A stretch of DNA of 64,000 nucleotides, taken from Chloroflexota bacterium. GTDB taxonomy: Bacteria; Chloroflexota; JAJPGV01. Shown in pieces: positions 46,661 through 56,285 of this stretch. Under the pieces are notes generated by a model. The model searched no databases and was not told the origin of the DNA. It saw nothing but the letters and a program-made list of their open reading frames with translations. The position numbers were made by a program, and so were the translations under genes. The stretch covers positions 60,745 through 124,744 of the forward strand of contig JAJPGV010000034.1 in assembly GCA_021325635.1 (NCBI GenBank), given 5' to 3'. How positions within the stretch are numbered: position 1 is the stretch's first letter; each line of letters begins with the position of its first letter.

Positions 46661-47959
46661 ATGATCGAGCGCTATTCGCACCCCGAGATGGCTCGGGTGT
46701 GGTCTATCGAGAACCGCACCGATCAGTGGCTGAAGGTCGAGCAGATGGTGGTGCAGGTGCGCTTCGAGCGCGGCGAGGTGCCGGCTGAAGCCAACGAGAT
46801 TGTCCAAACGCAGGCGCGTTACGACCTGGCGCGCATGGACGAGATCGAGCGGGAGACGCACCACGATCTGGTGGCCTTTGTGCGCTGTGTCGGCGAGTCG
46901 ATTGGCGATGCGTCACGCTACGTGCACGTCGGTCTCACCTCGACCGACGTGGTCGATACCGGCCTGTCGGTGCAGATTGCCCAGGCCACCGACATCCTCG
47001 AGCGCGACGTCCAAGAAGTCATCGCTACGCTGGAGAGGCTGGCACTTCAGTACAAGTACACGCCCATCATGGGCCGCAGCCACGGCATGCACGCCGAGCC
47101 CAGCAGCTTTGGGCTGAAGATGGCGCTGTGGATAGACGAGATGCGCCGCAACGCCACCCGGCTGCGCCAGGCGCGGGAGCAAATCGCGGTGGGCAAGATC
47201 TCGGGCGCCGTCGGCACCCACGCCAACGTCGAGCCGGAGATCGAGGAGGCGGTGTGCGCCAAGCTGGGCCTGCGCGCGGCGCCCATCTCCACCCAAACGC
47301 TGCAGCGCGACCGGCACGCGCACTACATGTCCACGCTGGCCATCATCGGCACTTCTCTGGAGAAGATGTCCACCGAGATCCGCCACCTGCAGCGGACCGA
47401 GGTGGGCGAGGTCGAAGAGCCGTTCGAGACCGGTCAGGCCGGCTCGTCGGCCATGCCGCACAAGCGCAATCCCAGGCTCAGCGAACGGGTCTGCGGGCTC
47501 TCCCGCGTCGTTCGAGGCTATGCCCTGGCCGCGCTGGAGGACGTTGCCCTGTGGCACGAGCGGGACATCTCGCATTCGTCGACCGAGCGCATCATCCTGC
47601 CCGATGGCTGCCTGGCCCTGGACTACATGCTGCGGACCTTCAATCGGATCATGAAAGGGCTGGTCGTCAAGCCCGATCGTATGCTGGCCAACCTCGAAAT
47701 GCTCCATGGCGTGATCTTCTCGGAACGCGTCCTGCACGCCTTGATCGATGCCGGGATGAGCCGCACCGATGCCTACTACCTCGTCCAGCGGGCTGCGCAC
47801 GAAGCCATGGACCACAATGTCAGCTTCCGCGAGCGGCTGGTGGCCGAACCTTCCATCCGAGAACGGCTGACGGACGAGCGGCTGGACGATCTGTTTGGTT
47901 ACGACTACCACCTGAGGCACGTCGACACCGCCTTCCGGCGCATTGGCCTCGATTCTTGA
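46661..47959 (+). CDS. purB: Adenylosuccinate lyase
   Basis: 432 aa with fumarate-lyase signature (GSSAMPHKRNP) and PurB-like sequence throughout. Confidence 0.95.
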   Translation: MIERYSHPEMARVWSIENRTDQWLKVEQMVVQVRFERGEVPAEANEIVQTQARYDLARMDEIERETHHDLVAFVRCVGESIGDASRYVHVGLTSTDVVDTGLSVQIAQATDILERDVQEVIATLERLALQYKYTPIMGRSHGMHAEPSSFGLKMALWIDEMRRNATRLRQAREQIAVGKISGAVGTHANVEPEIEEAVCAKLGLRAAPISTQTLQRDRHAHYMSTLAIIGTSLEKMSTEIRHLQRTEVGEVEEPFETGQAGSSAMPHKRNPRLSERVCGLSRVVRGYALAALEDVALWHERDISHSSTERIILPDGCLALDYMLRTFNRIMKGLVVKPDRMLANLEMLHGVIFSERVLHALIDAGMSRTDAYYLVQRAAHEAMDHNVSFRERLVAEPSIRERLTDERLDDLFGYDYHLRHVDTAFRRIGLDS

Positions 47960-49073
47960 TCCGCTGTGGGCGCCTAACGACCAGCAGGTCCTGTTCCACG
48001 GTCGCGTAGGCGCGCTGCGCCTGGCCGATGGGCGATCCCTGGTCGTCGAGGGGGCAGCTAGCCGGATCGACGACTCGCCAGCAGAGCCACCGGACAACAG
48101 CGTTGCCGCCCCAGACCGCTCGCTGCCGGTCAGGCGGCCTGCGTACCTGAATGCCGTGCCCCTGTTCGCACCGCATGTCCCGGATGCGGAAGCCGGCAGC
48201 TGGGATGACATCGCGCCCGAGCTGTGGGCCAGCCGATTGGAGCCGGACAGCTTCGTGCGCCAGGATCCCTACACCGGCGGTCTGCTCCGCGTCTGCCAGG
48301 CACTGCGCTGGGCGGCGGTTGCGGACCTCGATCCGCTGGCGGTTTCGTTCAGCCTCAGCTATGGCGATGGAGGGTCCCCGGAAGCGCAGTACCAGCTGAC
48401 CAGGTGCGTTCAGGGCGCGGCCGATGCGCTCGCCATGGCTGGCCTGGCGGCGGTGTCGGGCGAAATCGAGTGCGCGGAGGCTGGAGCGGATCCGAACTTG
48501 CGCATCTGGCTGCACGGCGCGGCGGGATCGGTGTCATCGGCGGGTGAGATCGGCAGCCGGCGAGAAGCGCAAGGGGCGCGTTCGTGGTTCGCCGACTCTG
48601 GCTCTGCCATCGTGCATCTCGGCCGCGCGACGAGCGATCTGAGCGGCAGCCTCTACCTGGAGCGCCGTGGGGTACAGGAGACACTGCCTCCGCCGATCGA
48701 CTTGATTGCCGAGGGCCGGGTGCTGGAGGTCGTTCGCGAGGCTCGAGGGCTGGGGCTCCTCCAATCACTCAGGCCGGTTGGTCGTGGCGGCCTGCTGATA
48801 ACATTGGCGCTGTGCTGCGCTCAGCTGGGGCTGGGTGCCGAGACCGCGGTTCCTGAGGCGTGGAGCTCCATCGACCCGGCGGCAGTCCTGTTCGGCGAAG
48901 CGCAGTCGAGGTTTCTGGTATCAGTCGCGCCAGATGATGTGCCGCGCCTGCAGCAGATCGCCGGTGCGATCGGCGTGCCGGCGCTGACGTTGGGAACGAC
49001 CGGTGGCGCCGATCTGACGGTGGGCAGTCTGATACACATCGCGGGGAGGGTGCTTAAGGAATGGCCGATCTGA
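47943..49073 (+). CDS. PurM-superfamily (AIR synthase-related) protein of unclear function
   Basis: 376 aa. C-terminal region (LFGEAQSRFLVSVAPDDVPRLQQIAGAIGVPALTLGTTGG) resembles AIRS C-terminal domains of PurL/PurM-type proteins; too short to be a PurL. Overlaps the purB stop by 17 nt. Confidence 0.5.
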   Translation: MASILDPLWAPNDQQVLFHGRVGALRLADGRSLVVEGAASRIDDSPAEPPDNSVAAPDRSLPVRRPAYLNAVPLFAPHVPDAEAGSWDDIAPELWASRLEPDSFVRQDPYTGGLLRVCQALRWAAVADLDPLAVSFSLSYGDGGSPEAQYQLTRCVQGAADALAMAGLAAVSGEIECAEAGADPNLRIWLHGAAGSVSSAGEIGSRREAQGARSWFADSGSAIVHLGRATSDLSGSLYLERRGVQETLPPPIDLIAEGRVLEVVREARGLGLLQSLRPVGRGGLLITLALCCAQLGLGAETAVPEAWSSIDPAAVLFGEAQSRFLVSVAPDDVPRLQQIAGAIGVPALTLGTTGGADLTVGSLIHIAGRVLKEWPI

Positions 49074-49420
49074 ACACAATGCTGGAGCGCTTCACAGCGA
49101 TCGAGGGCGTAACCCTGGCGGCGGTCGTCGGCACCGATGGTTTGGTGATCGAGAGCGCAGGCAAACCCGAATTCGACGTGGAGGCGGTGAGCGCCGTGGC
49201 AACGAGCGCGCTGGGATCGGCCCAAGCGCTGTCGGAGGAAGTCACCCGCGGCGCACTGACGCAGGCCATGGTCGAATTCGAGAGAGGCGTCGTTGTCCTG
49301 GAGCCGGTGGGCGAGCTCGGCGTGCTGGTGGTCCTCACCGAGAGTGTGTCGAACATCGGCCGGGTAAGGCTGGTGGCTCGTCGCGAACGCGAAGCGCTGG
49401 AGCAGGCTCTGGCGTCTTAA
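49061..49420 (+). CDS. Roadblock/LC7 (MglB-like) domain protein
   Basis: 119 aa with a Roadblock/LC7-like pattern (AAVVGTDGLVIESAG ... LGVLVVLTESVSNIGRVRL); overlaps the upstream gene by 13 nt. Confidence 0.65.
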   Translation: MADLNTMLERFTAIEGVTLAAVVGTDGLVIESAGKPEFDVEAVSAVATSALGSAQALSEEVTRGALTQAMVEFERGVVVLEPVGELGVLVVLTESVSNIGRVRLVARREREALEQALAS

Positions 49421-49532
49421 CGTCTTCTTCGGGGGCAGTCGCTGCTAACATCGAGAGAGTCGCGACTGGCGCTAAGGTGGAGCACCACCGGGGAGCGACC
49501 GTGGAAATTGCCGCGCGCCTGGGCACATCAAG

Positions 49533-51065
49533 ATGTTCGGGAGACAGCGCGTGAGAGTCCTCATCTCAGTTTGGGATAAGACCGGCCTGGTCGACTTCGC
49601 CCGACGCCTGGCAGCACTCGACGTTGGGCTGGTGTCCAGCGGCGGCACGGCGGCGGAGCTGCGGTCCGCCGGCTTGAAGGTGCAGGAAGTGGCCGACGTC
49701 GCCGGCTTTCCCGAGATCCTGGGTGGACGCGTCAAGACGCTGCACCCGGCCATCCACGGCGGCATCCTGGCCCGCCGCGACGATCCGGAGCACATGGAGC
49801 AGCTGGAGCGGCACGGTATTACGCCCATCGACATGGTGGTCTGCAACCTCTATCCCTTTGCCGAGGACCCGTCGATTGAAATGATTGATATCGGTGGGGT
49901 AGCGTTGATCAGGGCCGCGGCCAAGAACCATGATTCGGTGGCCGTGGTGGTCGATCCGGCCGATTACGACGTCGTCCTGGCGGAGCTCGAGCTCCACCAT
50001 GAGGTGAGCGAGCCCACGCGGCGGCGGCTGGCCGAAGCAGCCTTTGGTATGACCTCGGCCTACGACGCGCGCATCGCGGGGTGGTTCAATCGCGGCAACC
50101 GGAAGCTGTTTCCGCGGCGGCTTGCCCTGCCGATGGAGAAGCAGCTCGACCTGCGCTACGGTGAGAACCCGCACCAGCAGGCGGCCTTCTACTCAACCCC
50201 CACCGCCGGTGACTATCCGTCGCTGGCCCGTATGCGCCAGCTTCACGGCAAGGAGCTGTCGTTCAACAACCTGCTGGACATGGACGCCGCCGTCAATTGC
50301 GCGTCCGCGTTCTCAGAGCCATGCATCGCCATCATCAAGCACAACAATCCCTGCGGACTGGCGGTCAGGGAGCAGCTGGACGAGGCTTATCGCCAGGCGC
50401 TGGCCGGCGATCCTGTGTCTGCCTTTGGAAGCGTCATCGGCAGCAATCGGATCGTAGATGCAGCCACGGCTCGCGAAATGAGCCAGCTGTTCATCGAAGT
50501 GATCGTGGCGCCCGGCTTCGACGCCGAGGCGGCTGAGGTTCTCGGCGCCAAGAAGAACATTCGCCTGGTAGAGCTGCCGGGGGATTGGGCGGAGCAGCCC
50601 GATCCCTTCCGCGATCTTGACATAAAGCGTGTAAGAGGTGGCTTCCTCGTGCAGTCACTGGACTTCGATAGCCGGGATCTGGGCTGGACGGTCGTTACCA
50701 GGCGCCAGCCAACGGCCGTCGAAAGCGAGCAGCTTCGGTTCGCCTGGAAGGTGGTGCGACACGTGAAGTCCAATGCCATCGTGCTGGCCAAGGACACGAT
50801 GGTCGTGGGGATAGGGCCGGGACAGATGAGCAGGGTGGAATCGACCGACATCGCCGTGAAGAAGGCTGGCGAGCGGGCCACCGGGGCGGTGCTCGGCTCC
50901 GACGCGTTTTTCCCGTTCCCGGATGGTCTGGAGCACGCCATCGAGGCCGGCGTCACGGCGGCGATCCAGCCGGGCGGCGGCGCCCACGATAGCGACGTCA
51001 TCGCCGCTGCCGACCGGGCAGGCATCGCCATGGTCTTCACCGACGAGCGGCACTTCAAGCACTGA
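49533..51065 (+). CDS. purH: Bifunctional AICAR transformylase / IMP cyclohydrolase
   Basis: 510 aa with PurH N-terminal MGS-like (LISVWDKTGLVDFA) and C-terminal AICARFT regions. Confidence 0.95.
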   Translation: MFGRQRVRVLISVWDKTGLVDFARRLAALDVGLVSSGGTAAELRSAGLKVQEVADVAGFPEILGGRVKTLHPAIHGGILARRDDPEHMEQLERHGITPIDMVVCNLYPFAEDPSIEMIDIGGVALIRAAAKNHDSVAVVVDPADYDVVLAELELHHEVSEPTRRRLAEAAFGMTSAYDARIAGWFNRGNRKLFPRRLALPMEKQLDLRYGENPHQQAAFYSTPTAGDYPSLARMRQLHGKELSFNNLLDMDAAVNCASAFSEPCIAIIKHNNPCGLAVREQLDEAYRQALAGDPVSAFGSVIGSNRIVDAATAREMSQLFIEVIVAPGFDAEAAEVLGAKKNIRLVELPGDWAEQPDPFRDLDIKRVRGGFLVQSLDFDSRDLGWTVVTRRQPTAVESEQLRFAWKVVRHVKSNAIVLAKDTMVVGIGPGQMSRVESTDIAVKKAGERATGAVLGSDAFFPFPDGLEHAIEAGVTAAIQPGGGAHDSDVIAAADRAGIAMVFTDERHFKH

Positions 51066-51135
51066 GATCAGGAATGTGGGGCGCGGGGCTGCGATAATGA
51101 ACCTTCATGATTTTCATCGGGCGAGGGCCGCGTGC

Positions 51136-52392
51136 ATGCGAGTAGCCGTGCTCAGCGTTCATACCTCACCCCTGGCGCGATTGGGCAGTCACGATTCGGG
51201 CGGCATGAACGTCTACGTTCGGCGGCTCAGCGAGGAGCTGGGACGTTTCGGCGTGGCGGTCGACGTCTTCACCCGGCGCTCGGATGGTCACGCCCCCACG
51301 GTGGTCGATTTCGGGCCGAACGCGCGGCTCATTCACGTCAAGGCCGGGCCGGCGCGTTACGTCAGCAAGCGCGACCTGCTCGACTATCTGCCCGAGTTCG
51401 TGTCCGGGGTCAAGCGGTTTGGGGAATCGGTCCCGGACGGCTACGACCTGGTGCACGGCCACTACTACCTGTCGGGCTGGGCCGGCGCGGTGCTGGCCCA
51501 TTGCTGGCAGGTCCCGCACGTGCAGAGCTTCCACACGCTGGCCCGAGTGAAGAACAGCGCCCTGCCTGGTGCCATCGCGCCCGAAGGCGCGGAGCGAATC
51601 GATATCGAAGCTAAGGTCATGGCCAGCGCCGATCGCATCATCGCCACCAGCCCCAGTGACCGGCAGGACATGATCCGCCACTACGGCGCTGCCCCGCAGC
51701 GCGTCAGCGTCATTCCGCCCGGCCTCGATCTGGGCCTGTTCCACCCGCTCGACCGCGACGCCACGAAACGGGCGCTCGGTCTGGAGGGCTGTCGGGTAGT
51801 GCTGTTCGTGGGCCGAATGGACCGTATCAAGGGCCTGGAAACGCTGCTGCGCGCCGCGCGAGAGCTGTTGAGCGCCGACGCCGCGCTGCAGCTCCGGGTC
51901 TTGATCGTGGGCGGCGATCGCCAGGTGCGAGTCGTCGACGACGCCTCGCGCGAGCTCACGCGCATCCGGGCGCTGGTACGCGAGCTTGGCCTCCTGAAGA
52001 CCGTGAAATTCGTTGGCCCCAAGGAGCAGCACGAGCTGCCGGCCTACTATTCCGCGGCCGACGTATGCGCCGTACCGTCCTATGCCGAGTCGTTCGGCAT
52101 GGTAGCCCTCGAAGCCATGGCCTGCGGGACTCCGGTGGTGGCGTCACGGGTGGGTGGGCTCATCTCGACCATCGTCGACGGTGAGACGGGCTTTCTGGTT
52201 TCCAGCCACAACCCGCCGGAGTTTGCGCGCCGCGTTCGCCAGATCCTGGACGACCCGGGGCTGCAGGCGCGTTTGGGGAAGGCCGGCGTGGAGGTGGCCG
52301 CGGGATATCGTTGGCCAAACGTGGCCCGCCAGCTGGAAGCTGCATACCGGTCGCTGATCAGCCTCCCGGTGATATCGCAGCGCGCCAGCTGA
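51136..52392 (+). CDS. GT4 family glycosyltransferase (MshA-like retaining GT-B)
   Basis: N-terminus MRVAVLSVHTSPL...GGMNVYV resembles MshA-type GT4 enzymes; C-terminal GT4 motif (ESFGMVALEAMACGTPVVA). Trimmed from ORF-track start 50923. Confidence 0.85.
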   Translation: MRVAVLSVHTSPLARLGSHDSGGMNVYVRRLSEELGRFGVAVDVFTRRSDGHAPTVVDFGPNARLIHVKAGPARYVSKRDLLDYLPEFVSGVKRFGESVPDGYDLVHGHYYLSGWAGAVLAHCWQVPHVQSFHTLARVKNSALPGAIAPEGAERIDIEAKVMASADRIIATSPSDRQDMIRHYGAAPQRVSVIPPGLDLGLFHPLDRDATKRALGLEGCRVVLFVGRMDRIKGLETLLRAARELLSADAALQLRVLIVGGDRQVRVVDDASRELTRIRALVRELGLLKTVKFVGPKEQHELPAYYSAADVCAVPSYAESFGMVALEAMACGTPVVASRVGGLISTIVDGETGFLVSSHNPPEFARRVRQILDDPGLQARLGKAGVEVAAGYRWPNVARQLEAAYRSLISLPVISQRAS

Positions 52393-52440
52393 ACGTTACA
52401 GGAGTATGCCGGTTAGGGCCTTGATTCACCGAGCTCCGAC

Positions 52441-53937
52441 ATTGTCCGGAGCAAACTGACGAAGATACTCATCGCCGCGGCGGAGGCGGTCCCCTTCGCC
52501 AAGGTTGGCGGCCTGGCCGACGTCGTTGGGGCCCTTCCCAAGGCGCTGAAACGGCTGGGCCATGACGTTCGCGTGGTCATGCCGAAGTACCAGCGGGTGT
52601 CGGACGAGAAATTCGGAATCCGAACGCGAATACGAGGCCTGCCGGTGCCCCTGCAGGGGAATATCGAGCGCGCCGACGTCAAGGAGTGCAGCATCGGCGC
52701 GGACGTGCCGGTGTACTTCATCGACAACCAGCGCTTCTTCGGCCGGGAGGGCGTGTACGGCTACCCCGACGATGATGAGCGCTTCATCTTCTTCTCCCGC
52801 GCGCTGCTGTCCATGCTGCCGGCGCTTGACTGGCAGCCGGACGTGGTGCACTGCAACGAGTGGCACACGGCCATCATTCCCAACTGGCTGAAGACGATCT
52901 ACGCGGAACATCCCAGCGCTGGCTCCATGGCGACCGTGTTCACGGTGCACAACCTGGCCTACCAGGGCATCTTCGGCCACCGCGTGCTGGAGATCGCCGG
53001 CATCGGCTCGTTCGGTTTCGTCTACGCCGACCAGGGTGGCGAGGGCCAGGCCGTTGGCCTCCTCGGAAGAGGCCTGCAGTTCGCCGACGCCATCAGCACG
53101 GTGAGCGAGCAATACGCGCGCGAGATTCAGACCCCCGAGTTCGGACACGGCATGCACGAGGTCCTGCGGCAGCGTCGAGATCGTCTCTCAGGCATTCTCA
53201 ATGGCCTTGACTACGACGAGCTCGACCCCGCACAAGACGTCCACATCGCGGAGAGGTTCGACGCCTCGACGCTCGATCGCCGACCTCTCAACAAGACCGC
53301 GCTGCAGGCTGAGGCCGGCCTGCCGATTGACGCCAACGCGCCGCTCATCGGCATGATCACCAGGCTGACCGATCAGAAGGGCTTGGACATTCTCTCGCAG
53401 GCACTGGACGGACTGCTGGCGCAGCCGCTGCAAATGGTCATCCTGGGAACCGGTGACCAGCGCTACCACGAGCTGCTCTCAGCGGCGGTCAAGCGGCACC
53501 CCAACCTGGCCGTGTTCCTGACGTTCAGCACGCCGCTGGCGCAGAAGATCTATGCCGGCAGCGACCTGTTCCTCATGCCATCCCGTCTCGAACCGTGCGG
53601 CCTGGGGCAGCTCATCGCCATGCGTTACGGCAGCGTGCCTATTGTGCGCAGCACCGGAGGCCTGGCGGACACGGTGCTCGACTATGACCCGAGCAGCGGT
53701 GAGGGCAGCGGCTTCGTCTTCCAAAGGTACGCGTCGATGGATCTCTTCGCCGCCGTCATCCGGGCGATCGAGAATTACAAGCAGCGAGACGCCTGGCGCC
53801 GCCTGATGGAGTACGACATGCGCCTCGACTTCTCATGGACAGTGTCGGCGCAGAAATACGTCGACGTCTACCACCGGGCCATGAGCTGGCGCCGTCAGGA
53901 AACGTCGACGCCCGATGCGATGCCCCAGCCGGCCTAG
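52441..53937 (+). CDS. glgA: Glycogen (starch) synthase GlgA; start codon unresolved
   Basis: GlgA-like throughout, including N-terminal KILIAAAEAVPFAKVGGLADVVGALP. That conserved segment lies upstream of the first in-frame ATG/GTG (52573) and after an in-frame TAG at 52414-52416, so the true start is non-canonical or the sequence is imperfect. Confidence 0.8.
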   Translation: MVRSKLTKILIAAAEAVPFAKVGGLADVVGALPKALKRLGHDVRVVMPKYQRVSDEKFGIRTRIRGLPVPLQGNIERADVKECSIGADVPVYFIDNQRFFGREGVYGYPDDDERFIFFSRALLSMLPALDWQPDVVHCNEWHTAIIPNWLKTIYAEHPSAGSMATVFTVHNLAYQGIFGHRVLEIAGIGSFGFVYADQGGEGQAVGLLGRGLQFADAISTVSEQYAREIQTPEFGHGMHEVLRQRRDRLSGILNGLDYDELDPAQDVHIAERFDASTLDRRPLNKTALQAEAGLPIDANAPLIGMITRLTDQKGLDILSQALDGLLAQPLQMVILGTGDQRYHELLSAAVKRHPNLAVFLTFSTPLAQKIYAGSDLFLMPSRLEPCGLGQLIAMRYGSVPIVRSTGGLADTVLDYDPSSGEGSGFVFQRYASMDLFAAVIRAIENYKQRDAWRRLMEYDMRLDFSWTVSAQKYVDVYHRAMSWRRQETSTPDAMPQPA

Positions 53938-54040
53938 ACAAGGGCGAAGAGGGCCGGCAGACGTGTTAGGATCGCTGTCGCTGCCCTCTTGATGGACATT
54001 GACTTATATTGATCGGACTGGTACGATGGGCAGAGGCACA

Positions 54041-54064
54041 CGCTTGATTAGTGTTGATCAAGCG
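54041..54064. promoter_or_regulatory. Perfect 8-bp inverted repeat (candidate operator) upstream of citrate synthase
   Basis: cgcttgat-tagtgttg-atcaagcg, 26 nt upstream of the citrate synthase ATG, in an unusually AT-rich stretch. Confidence 0.3.
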
Positions 54065-54089
54065 ACCGATTTACGGCGAGGTAAATGAC

Positions 54090-55220
54090 ATGGCAACTGC
54101 TCCCACCAACACAGCCGGACTGCAGGACGTCGTTGCTGCGACCTCATCCATCTGCTTCCTGGACGGCAAGCAGGGCAAGCTGCTGTATCGCGGGTACGAC
54201 ATTCACGATCTGGCGGCGCACGCCAGCTTCGAAGAGGTGGCTTACCTGCTGTGGCACGACGATCTGCCCACGCAGGGCCAGCTCGATGAGCTGAATGCCT
54301 CACTCGTGGCCAAGCGAGACATTCCCGAGGCGGTGACCAAGCTGCTGGAATCGCTGCCGAAGACGGCCACCCCCATGGAGCTGCTTCGAACGTCTGTTTC
54401 GGCCCTATCGGCCTACGATCCTGACGGGCGCGACAACTCGCTGCCGGCCAGCCTGCGCAAAGCGGAGCGACTGGCCGCTCAGATGCCGACCATCACCGCC
54501 TACATCCACCGGCTGCGCCAGGGCGAGCCCCTGGTTCACCCGCGGAAGACGGGGAACACCGCTGAGAACTTCCTGTACATGATGTTCGGTAAAGAGCCGG
54601 ACGAGCTCAGCTCCCGCACCATGAACGTAGCCCTGGTGCTGCACGCGGACCATGAGCTCAACGCCTCCACCTTCGCCGCCAGAGTGACGGCGGCGACCTT
54701 GTCCGACATGTATGCCGCCATCACCTCGGGTATCGGCGCCCTGGCCGGGCCGCTGCATGGTGGGGCCAACGAAGAGGTCATGAAGATGCTCCTCAAGATC
54801 GGCGACGAGTCGCGGGTGGAGGCCGAGGTCAAGGGTATTTTTGAGCGGCACGAGAAGATCTCCGGCTTCGGGCACCGCGTCTATCGCACCGAAGATCCGC
54901 GGGCTACCCATCTGCGCCAGCTGTCCGAGGAGCTGGGCCGGCGCGCCGGGAACCTGAAGTGGTTCAACATGTCACGCCACATCGAGCAGCTGGTGATGCA
55001 GGAAAAGAAGCTGTACTGCAACGTGGACTTCTATTCGGCGTCCACCTACTACACGATGGGTATCCCCATCGAGCTGTACACGCCGATCTTCGCCTGCAGC
55101 CGCATCAGCGGCTGGTCCGCCCACGTCCTCGAGCAGCTTGGCAACAACCGGCTCATTCGGCCGGTGGCCGAGTACACCGGGCCCACCGACCTGGTGTACC
55201 GTCCGATCAGCCAGCGCTAG
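54090..55220 (+). CDS. gltA: Citrate synthase
   Basis: Citrate synthase signature (GFGHRVYRTEDPRA) and full-length similarity; ATG 54090 preceded by GAGGT. Confidence 0.9.
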   Translation: MATAPTNTAGLQDVVAATSSICFLDGKQGKLLYRGYDIHDLAAHASFEEVAYLLWHDDLPTQGQLDELNASLVAKRDIPEAVTKLLESLPKTATPMELLRTSVSALSAYDPDGRDNSLPASLRKAERLAAQMPTITAYIHRLRQGEPLVHPRKTGNTAENFLYMMFGKEPDELSSRTMNVALVLHADHELNASTFAARVTAATLSDMYAAITSGIGALAGPLHGGANEEVMKMLLKIGDESRVEAEVKGIFERHEKISGFGHRVYRTEDPRATHLRQLSEELGRRAGNLKWFNMSRHIEQLVMQEKKLYCNVDFYSASTYYTMGIPIELYTPIFACSRISGWSAHVLEQLGNNRLIRPVAEYTGPTDLVYRPISQR

Positions 55221-55284
55221 GGGCGCTGCTCGGTATATCAGGGGATCGAGGTAACGGACCGGCGCCTGTCTCGTTAGCACTCGC

Positions 55285-56214
55285 GTGACCCTATCGGAGG
55301 CGCGCCAGGAATTCCTGGACTATCTGGCCGAGCGGAACAAGTCCCTGCGCACCGTGCGCACCTATGGCTTTGCCATCAACAAGTTTCTGTCGTTCGCCGA
55401 GACGCAGGGCTTGACCGCGGAGGCTGAGGCCGGCGGTGTGGACAGCCGGCTGCTTCGAGCCTACAGCCGCCATCTTTTCCACCAGCGGCTGTCCGCCAGC
55501 GGCCGCAAGACCTACCTGGTAGCGCTGACGGCCTGGTTCAAGCATCTGGCCGCCGCCGAGGTGTGCCAGGTCAATACCGACGCCATCGAGCTGCCCAAGG
55601 TCACGCCCGAGCCGCCGAGCCCCGATGAGCGCCTCCCCGATCTGCTCCGGGGCGACCCTCCGCCGTTCCAGTCGGCCGACCAGGAGCTGTCCTGGCTTCG
55701 GGATCGCGCGCTGCTCAGGGTGCTGTTCGATACCAACGCCCGTGTGTCCGAGGTTGCGGCCCTGAACAGGCAGTCGGTCGACTTCGAGAAGGGGCTGGCC
55801 GTCATCGTCGGCAAAGGGGGCAAAGTTCGGACGGTGTTCTTTTCCGATCCCTGCCTGGAGGCCGTCAACCGCTATCTCGACGCGAGGAATGACGACTTCG
55901 ACCCGATTTTCGTTCGACATAACGTTGCCAGGAAGGCCGAGCGTGTCGATCGGGATGGGAACGTGCTGCGGCTGTCGGTCAGGTCCATCCAATTGATCGT
56001 GCGCAAGTACGCTCGACGAGCTGGCATCCGCGCCACGCCGCACTCGTTCCGCCATTACGGCGGGACCGAGATGGTGAGGTCGGGCGCCGACATTCGCAGC
56101 GTGCAGGAGTACCTCGGACACAAGAGCGTGTCGACGACACAGATCTACACGCACGTGTCGCCTCAGCGGCTGATGGACGAGTGGAAGCGCTTCCACCCGG
56201 CAGGGAATACCTAG
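55285..56214 (+). CDS. Tyrosine site-specific recombinase (XerC/XerD-like)
   Basis: N-terminal SAM-like domain and C-terminal catalytic region with HSFRHYGG and GHKSVSTTQIYTHV (catalytic Tyr). Confidence 0.85.
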   Translation: MTLSEARQEFLDYLAERNKSLRTVRTYGFAINKFLSFAETQGLTAEAEAGGVDSRLLRAYSRHLFHQRLSASGRKTYLVALTAWFKHLAAAEVCQVNTDAIELPKVTPEPPSPDERLPDLLRGDPPPFQSADQELSWLRDRALLRVLFDTNARVSEVAALNRQSVDFEKGLAVIVGKGGKVRTVFFSDPCLEAVNRYLDARNDDFDPIFVRHNVARKAERVDRDGNVLRLSVRSIQLIVRKYARRAGIRATPHSFRHYGGTEMVRSGADIRSVQEYLGHKSVSTTQIYTHVSPQRLMDEWKRFHPAGNT

Positions 56215-56285
56215 GAGTGGCGTTGCGTCCGGCCGTTCTAACCCAGATGGCCTAGGAGCGGCAGCGCGGTGGTATAACCTGCCAC

